This document shows, one piece after another, positions 56,045-64,000 of a DNA stretch of 64,000 bases. The stretch is from Octopus bimaculoides. Taxonomy: Eukaryota. The notes beneath the pieces were generated by a model. The model was not told the DNA's origin. It worked only from the letters and a program-made list of their open reading frames with translations, and searched no databases. The position numbers were made by a program, and so were the translations under genes. How positions within the stretch are numbered: position 1 is the stretch's first letter; each line of letters begins with the position of its first letter. The DNA lies in the NCBI RefSeq assembly GCF_001194135.2, contig NC_068993.1, forward strand, positions 64,107,144 to 64,171,143, given 5' to 3'.

Positions 56045-56265
56045 NNNNNNNNNNNNNNNNNNNNNNNNNNNNNNNNNNNNNNNNNNNNNNNNNNNNNNNN
56101 NNNNNNNNNNNNNNNNNNNNNNNNNNNNNNNNNNNNNNNNNNNNNNNNNNNNNNNNNNNNNNNNNNNNNNNNNNNNNNNNNNNNNNNNNNNNNNNNNNNN
56201 NNNNNNNNNNNNNNNNNNNNNNNNNNNNNNNNNNNNNNNNNNNNNNNNNNNNNNNNNNNNNNNNN

Positions 56266-56314
<49 letters not shown>

Positions 56315-56830
56315 TCTTCATGAATGTTTATATGTTATGCATGTAAATGTTATCTCCGGGTGTTTATGTTTATCTGCATGTATAGGCAATTAAGCGCTTT
56401 AGTGTTAGCAGCAAGTGAACGTTAATAAGAATTTGTCCAACCATCCACATCTGATTTACTCTTATATCATTATTTTATTTAACTTTTTTAAATTATGGTT
56501 CCGAAGGAATCAGCTCATCTGTTAACTATTCAATCATGTAGATGATTGCGAACGGAATAACTAGATGCAGCTGAAGGAACACATGTGTCGCATTCGAAGA
56601 GTGTAGCTCCTGCAGTGTTTATTCCTCTATGTATGTCATACTGTGTATCATATATGTAACAATATATGTGCAAACACACACACACACACACATACAAACG
56701 CACACACACACACACACACACACACACCTATATTTATAAATATATATAAAATATACATACGACTCTATGTCCATATTGGTGTGTATATATAAACGTTTTT
56801 TTAATGATTTTTAATATATCTACTAAGGAG

Positions 56831-57323
56831 AGAAAACAATTTGTTTTAAATCTCTGAGCGAGAAATATGTAGTAAGAGTACTACAGAGTAAAGTCTACTT
56901 GCCAACGTAAAGTGGCAGTGCTAATGAGGACTGCGTCCTTATACTTCGAACTAGGAGCTTATGTCCCCACTCAGATTTGAACGGTACCTGCGGACCAATG
57001 GTTTCTGGGTTATTTCTCTTCATCGGCACAGGATAACCGTTGACTAGAGGTGGCAGCAGTAGGCCTTGTTCGAGGTATACACTTTTAAAGTGACACGCAG
57101 TCACTGTTCTCGTGAGAAGAAAAAACAATTAGTTTTAAATCTCTGAGCGACAAAAAAGTAGTAACAGAACTAGGGTGTAAAGTCTATATAGCAACGTAAA
57201 GTGGAGTCCTGATTAGGATGGTGTTACTACCTTTTTTTATGCCCAGGAAAAGATGTCCCGATGAAGAGAAGTAACAATTGGTCTGCAGGTAGCGTTTAAG
57301 GCTGATTCGGGACTTTAGCTCCC
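56831..57323. repeat. Composite local repeat: direct pair A/A' plus inverted pair B/B'
   Basis: A 56831-56933 resembles A' 57118-57220 (shared TTTTAAATCTCTGAGCGA, GTAAAGTCTA, CAACGTAAAGTGG). B 56952-57026 is the reverse-complement homolog of B' 57258-57323. Confidence 0.85.
56987..57032 (-). ncRNA. Type-I hammerhead ribozyme-like motif (U4C core, decayed stem II)
   Basis: CCTGTG-CCGATGA-AGAG-AAATAA-CCCA-GAAA-CCATTGG-TC/CGCAGG: 6-bp stem I (one G:U), 4-bp stem III, GUC site; stem II has two mismatches. Confidence 0.6.
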
Positions 57324-57530
57324 TTGAAACTCTGAGTAACAGTTCTTGTGATATTTTTGCTGCTTTTAAATAAAAGCATATTACTCTATCTCTGGTATTC
57401 GAGTACTATTTTTCCACCTTGTTTCGCACTTATGCGCTTACTATAGTATATGTTTATATATGAATATATACATTTGGGTAGTTTATATATGTGTACATCT
57501 CTCTCCCCCCTATATCTCCCCATATATTTG

Positions 57531-57620
<90 letters not shown>

Positions 57621-57968
57621 TATATATACATATGCATACATATGCGTCTGCGTATGTGTTACCATATGTGTGTGAGTATATATTTAAACTCTTATGTTTA
57701 TAGTTGATAGTAAGTTGTATGATGTCACAGTGTCGCTCACCGCTGGGCGCACAGTTTTTGTTAGCGGAAACTGCTGTTTTGTGATTATTTATATATTACT
57801 TAATATTATGCTCCGTTGCCTGGTTTATATCAGAGCCTAGTGGGTAATGTATCAGGGAACTGACGCCCGTTTTCGACTGGAAATTAGGAGTACCTTGAAT
57901 TCTATGTATTTTGAGCTACAACAAACGGTAATTTTTCATGCTACGAGTAAACAGAATTATATCCATAG

Positions 57969-58022
<54 letters not shown>

Positions 58023-58958
58023 GTATGCATGAATATATGCATGTGTACATGTATAATACTGACTTAAATCCGTTCAATTCGTAATATCCAACATTATTTA
58101 AAGCAAATGATAGGCTGAATACCATAATACTTTATTCAAAATTTTTCTGTGTAGTTGTCAGAATGTACAAAAATGCTTCGGTTGTATTTGTGTTATTTTT
58201 TCAAACGCTATGCTTCAGATTTATAGATAGCATTTCGTATTCTATATTTCAGAAATGAAATTTTTTTACAGCATTCGTGATGTTATCTAAAGTTAGGCAA
58301 CAAAATAAGGTCAATAAATCGGTTCAACGAGATTTTACTGCAACAGTTCGCAATAATTTTGACTTCCTGGCACTCGGAAGACTAAATAAAATACAATAAA
58401 ACTTGCTGGCGCACGTCACGTGGGTCGTCGAATATCTGTTTTAATGTCAGACATTTACAAACAATAAAGAACTCTATTTCTTACATTGTTCTAGTAATCA
58501 TTATTCTTTATAACAAAATTTAAAATCGAAAAAAAAAAAATGTCCAGGGTTCTTCAACCATTTCTATGGATTTTCTAACATGTTAAATATTAAAAAAATA
58601 ATCCGATTGCATTTTTTCTCGTGATTTCATGCTTGCTATTTACTTAGCTAACATCAACAGTATTAATGCATTTTGTAGGAGACATATTCATGTAGTAATA
58701 TCAAAATATGAGCTAATTATGTTTTTCCCACTCACCAATATCCTATATTTTCCGTTAGGAAATCTGATTATTCATGTAACGAATGTAATACAAATTTAGT
58801 ACAAGCAGCAGGTTAAACCGTATAGCCGTATTTCTTTTACATCTTAAAAGAATACTGATTTATGGTTCTTTTGTTTCTACCTGTATTAAAGTTAACACTT
58901 TATTTATGATCTGTAACGCAATCTTTTTGCAATTTATTATTTCGAGTTAATGTATAAC

Positions 58959-58989
<31 letters not shown>

Positions 58990-59007
58990 TGTATGTATGT
59001 ATGTATG

Positions 59008-59064
<57 letters not shown>

Positions 59065-61501
59065 GTCTGTCTATCTATTATCAATGTGTATATTATGTAT
59101 TTATATAATTTCGTTACATAAATTCGCAGCTTTTTTTAGTAATTTCCATAAAATTTCGAAATAGGAAGAACTAGTCCACGCAAAGACTCCTGTAGAATGA
59201 GATAGTAAGAGAAAATAAGGAAAATAATCCACTGTACAAAAATTAGCTAACGATTTATTTTACATCTTTTTCTCTTTTTGTAAAACGCCAGTCGGTGAAA
59301 GGGCACACTGATTTAGAATATATTCAGTGTACATAATATTTCCAAACAAGATGTTTTTCTTCCATTTCTACTACTAAGGCACGAAAGCAATATCAACCTT
59401 TTTAGAAGTTCAACTGTGAAAATGTATTTATCAAAATCATCAATGTTCGTCTGTAAACGACGAATAAATAAAAGATCGTCTGTTTATTAACAAGAACGAT
59501 TTTAAGCTAAATATTTTCTTCCAGCAACCGAAATTGAGAAAGGGAAGGAATGGTGTTCTCAGTCATTACCATTTTCCAAACGTTTCTTTCTTTTATTTTG
59601 TTCTATTCTGGCTGGCCTCATTATCTCTAATTAGATTCAATGTTTTACACATGAGGCTGAATATGTGTGCGTACGTATGTATATATGATTTATAGGCATG
59701 TATGTTTTATAAATTTATATAGTTAACTGTCGACCTATCAATCTATTCATTTCTCCCTCTCTTCATATATTTACGCGTTTGTGTGTGTATGTATGAATGA
59801 ATAATCACACACCCAGTATACACACAGTACACACAGAGTATTCGGGCTAAATTTGACGATTTTTATGTCCCCTTTTTCAGGAACAACTTAATATATCGGT
59901 GACCAATCAACGGCTTTGGCGAGCATAAAGATGAAAGTTGTAGTTGGGAAAAAGTTAGGTGACATAGATGACTGTAAGCCATTTCAATATTGGTAAGAAT
60001 GTTTCCCACATTATGATGATTCGCGCCGCGTACCAAAGTGCCGTCATCATTACTGCTGCTCGATGCTCTGTAAACGGTGTAATACTGTAAGACGTGACAT
60101 GTCCAGTTACAGCAGAGACTACGTAGCCATGCCTAACAAGAAAGTACACAGAAGACGTTCTGCCTGCGTCCATACAGGATAAATATAGTAATAACAGTAT
60201 TGTAAGATTGAATTTATAATTAATGCATCACTACGCGCGTTTCCACAAATCACATGACTTTAACATGGTAAGAAGGGATAAAAATATGATAAAAAAATCA
60301 TATTTATGTCGTTTGTGTTCACTCGGAAAAGACTACGTCCAACCATGACGTTATTCATCGCATGTTTTCCATAATATTCTTTGAAGAATAATCTTTCTCG
60401 AGATTATTTCCTAACAGAAAGTTCTTCCCACCTTCGAGTGTACACAATCATGTTAATTATGATTTCACATGTATATATTTTTGTAACGCATCATCGTGCT
60501 TCTCTAGTTAACATATATAAATGTGTATTTTACACCTACATAATAGTATGTCACATAATAAAATCACATAATTGTATGCGATTCTCTTAGCCACATTTCT
60601 CGTACGACTACTCCAATAGAATTGACGAGATGAAATTGGAATGTCAGAAAATGTCTTTTCAGAACCAATCTGCGATTATCGCTGATTTGTTTATTCACGT
60701 ATGAAATTCGATTGACTGCTGGTCAACTGTGCAGCTAAATCTCTACGGCTGGGAACCCAATGCACACCGGCAGCCTGCGAATCCTGAAACGGAAGAAAGC
60801 ATTGTACAACATCATTTTACATAGTGGTACGTTCTAGTTTGCAATTCCTTTCTGCGCTTGAATCTACGGTCAATACTTGAAGGCCCAGATGATGTAATAA
60901 TGCTGATTGCTCTCACTATGCATTTTAAAGCATATTCTTACTACAAACCGTCTCCTACAGAATATACCTTGCAGCATAAACAAATCATTATTATTGTTTT
61001 TGAAAAACTAAAATGAAAATCTGACGATAAGCAAAACCAATTTTCAACTGTTGCTTTCTACAAGGCACGTGAGACAAACATAGGAACATAAACAAACGAT
61101 TTCTACAGCACATGGTGAGAATGGTTATATTTTCTGCTGGATAAATGAGTTCTTTTTGTTGAAAGAACGGGAAGATGGCGCGTCACGATTTTGGCAGAAG
61201 TTCCGAGGGGAAGCCACTGTAGCATCATCCATTACATACGAACTTCCTCAGTTAAAACATTTCAAAATATGAAGAAGCTGACATAAATAATTCAATGCAT
61301 CATTTAGAGTGATTAGTTACATGTTTATTTGCAATGTAAGTAAAGAAACTTACATCCAATACCATGCAACAGATGTTCATTTATTAAAATTATCTCTGTC
61401 TCAAAATGTTGTATTATAATTACCATTTATCAGTTGAGATCAGATATACACACACATGCGGAAGCACGCACAAGTATAGACAGAAAGAAAGAGGGAACGT
61501 G

Positions 61502-61564
<63 letters not shown>

Positions 61565-63007
61565 GGGAGAGAGACAGAGACAGAGAGAGATAGAGAGAGA
61601 GAAAGCCATATCAGTGAGAGAAATATTATAAAAGAAGAAATATTGATAAAGTCTGTGGCTTTTCTTAAGGTAACCATGTGTAATACAACTAAAATTTAAT
61701 GGTCTTTCGAAACTAAAATTAAACAACAAAAGCTGCCAAATTGATGTGCGAACTTGTTTCTCTGCTTGCTACTTGTATATCACGTGGTACAGACTACACA
61801 TATTTAAATAACAGCTGTCATTATTTTAGAATCAAACTTCAAAATGACATAAATGTGTGATTCATTTATCTCACGAAGACATCTATTTATATTATTTCTT
61901 TGTTTGCCTCTCCAAATCTATATTTTACATATTTTTTAGGAGAGGGGGTTTGCTCTTGTAAAATATTTCTTCTCAAGTTTTTTTACTGCGTTGCTTTGTT
62001 AATTCATTTAATGATTTCCTTGCCGTTGTAATTTCTATTCCACGGTGTGCACTAGTGAGTATATTTATTGTATGATATATGAAGATATGGAATCTATGTA
62101 TTATATGATATATAAATTTCTGCGTTCGTGCGCGTGTACTTCATATTCTAACGCTTTTCACATTTTACTGTACTTCAACATTCGACATGAAAATCACAGT
62201 GATCTTTAGCTGTTTCGAGTTGAGATAATTCTGGCACTAGTCAGGTAATATGGGAAAAATTTTTGTTATTCGAAGCGGCTTTCTCTTAAACATCGAAACC
62301 TATCAGAGTGAATAGGTCGTCGTCTTTCATCATAATTATATTCCTCATCGTCTTTGTCGTCGTCGTAGTTTTTTCCCCCCTCTCCGTCACTTCTGCAGAA
62401 GACGTTCGAGATTCCATTACTCTAAGGTGATGACATATTTACTGTTGACTAAGCTTTGCGAGCACCGACTCGTCAACTACGCGTGTAGATTTCAAAATTT
62501 AAAAAGAGGTTAGGAGTGACCGCGAAACCAAGGTATGTGTAATGGTGAACAGAATCCAACTCACAGATTTTCATATTAGTCCGTATTATTGGACAAAATC
62601 AACAACCATTGAAGAGGTTGCAAGTAGCAACGAAAATTTTTTTAAATAATGATAAATGAGTGAAAATCGAACCGGTGAGTGTGTTAATTAATAGGGCATT
62701 AAAACAGAATGACTCTCCCCAGACACAATAATATATNNNNNNNNNNNNNNNNNNNNNNNNNNNNNNNNNNNNNNNNNNNNNNNNNNNNNNNNNNNNNNNN
62801 NNNNNNNNNNNNNNNNNNNNNNNNNNNNNNNNNNNNNNNNNNNNNNNNNNNNNNNNNNNNNNNNNNNNNNNNNNNNNNNNNNNNNNNNNNNNNNNNNNNN
62901 NNNNNNNNNNNTAAGTACTTGCGCGCGCAAACAGAGAGAAACGTTCTTTTTTGTTGGCGTAATGCATTCATCATTTCGAATTTCTTTACATTTCAAGACA
63001 CCTATAA

Positions 63008-63022
63008 CAGTAGTAGTAGTAT

Positions 63023-63061
<39 letters not shown>

Positions 63062-63065
63062 CAGT

Positions 63066-63122
<57 letters not shown>
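63008..63122. repeat. Compound microsatellite (TAG)n-(CAG)n-(TAG)n
   Basis: Seen directly. Confidence 0.95.
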
Positions 63123-64000
63123 TTTATATTATCCGCCTTTTTTCATATAAAATATCTCTTTCTAAAATTTAGTCAGTGTTCTCGGTGTGTTTATGTGGCA
63201 GTTGGAGCTGAGAGCGAGATTCTATTTACCCTGACCCACTTTGCGAAGGGAAAATATGTTATATATATCGTGGAGGATTAAAAAAAAAAGATATTGAAAA
63301 GTGGAAAAGGAAAGATAAAGAAACAGGCTAAAGCTGGTAAGAACGAGGGCAGACGACGAATGATATGGAGGGAGAGAGAATGCATGAGAGAAAACCAAAT
63401 GCATGTATGTGTGTGTGTGTATGTGTGTGTGTGTGAGTACATACTTGCACATATGTATATAATTTTAGAGAGAAGATAGGAGTGTGTATGTATGTATAAG
63501 TATGTGTGTATGTATGTGTATATATATATAATAGTAATATTCTGGCGCGGACACTGACGCCTAGCTGTAATTTAAGAGATATCAACGGTGGCCGAAAAAA
63601 ACGAGAGAATAGACTGCATCGGGAACTGATAATTTTCAGCCAAAGCACCATATGTACGCGATTGTGCGTCGCACACGCACACACACACACACACACACAC
63701 CATAGATTCATTGAGTCTAACACACACACACGTACATCCGTGCGTGTACGCACACATCTACACACGTACAGTCGCAAACGTGAAAACAAAAACGAAGTTG
63801 GAGAGATGAAAGTTATTGCCACATTCGTTCCTGTAATGCATGCAAATGGTGCAGAAATGAAATTTAATTGATAAATGGAGGAACAGGAATTGGGAAATTG
63901 AAGCAATATTTGAGGAACAGAAGTCAGAAAAGTATCCATCAGTGAAACGGAATGTGATATACGTACATACATATGTATACCTGCATCCCTCCCTCCCTCC

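Noticed and set aside
59955-60173. Minus-strand ORF with VYFLVRHG resembling the histidine-phosphatase RHG motif
   Set aside because: No other family motifs and no splice support on this strand; likely chance.

Overview
AT-rich, microsatellite-dense eukaryotic genomic DNA from a draft assembly, with 15 N-gaps (about 4.3 kb, mostly abutting (TA)n). The repeat families resemble those I recall from Octopus/coleoid cephalopod genomes; this is an inference, not a database result. No intact host protein-coding gene is recognisable, so the window looks intronic or intergenic, and nearly all long ORFs in the track are microsatellite or N artefacts. It contains decayed mobile elements: an RTE/BovB-type LINE 3' fragment (22095-23310, -), a Ty3/Gypsy gag-protease-RT fragment (49030-50757, -), four pieces of an R4/Dong/Rex6-type restriction-like-endonuclease LINE, mariner transposase remnants, many tRNA-derived SINEs and probable MITEs. 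The most interesting signals are: (1) several minimal type-I hammerhead-ribozyme-like motifs of the Penelope-like-element type, three sharing a non-canonical CCGA core, one inside a direct-plus-inverted repeat at 56.8-57.3 kb; (2) a GC-richer island at 55.3-55.9 kb with telomere-type (TAACCC)n, a small membrane-protein ORF broken by a 10-bp duplication, and a three-hairpin cluster; (3) a Gypsy fragment bracketed by inverted LINE-tail pieces.
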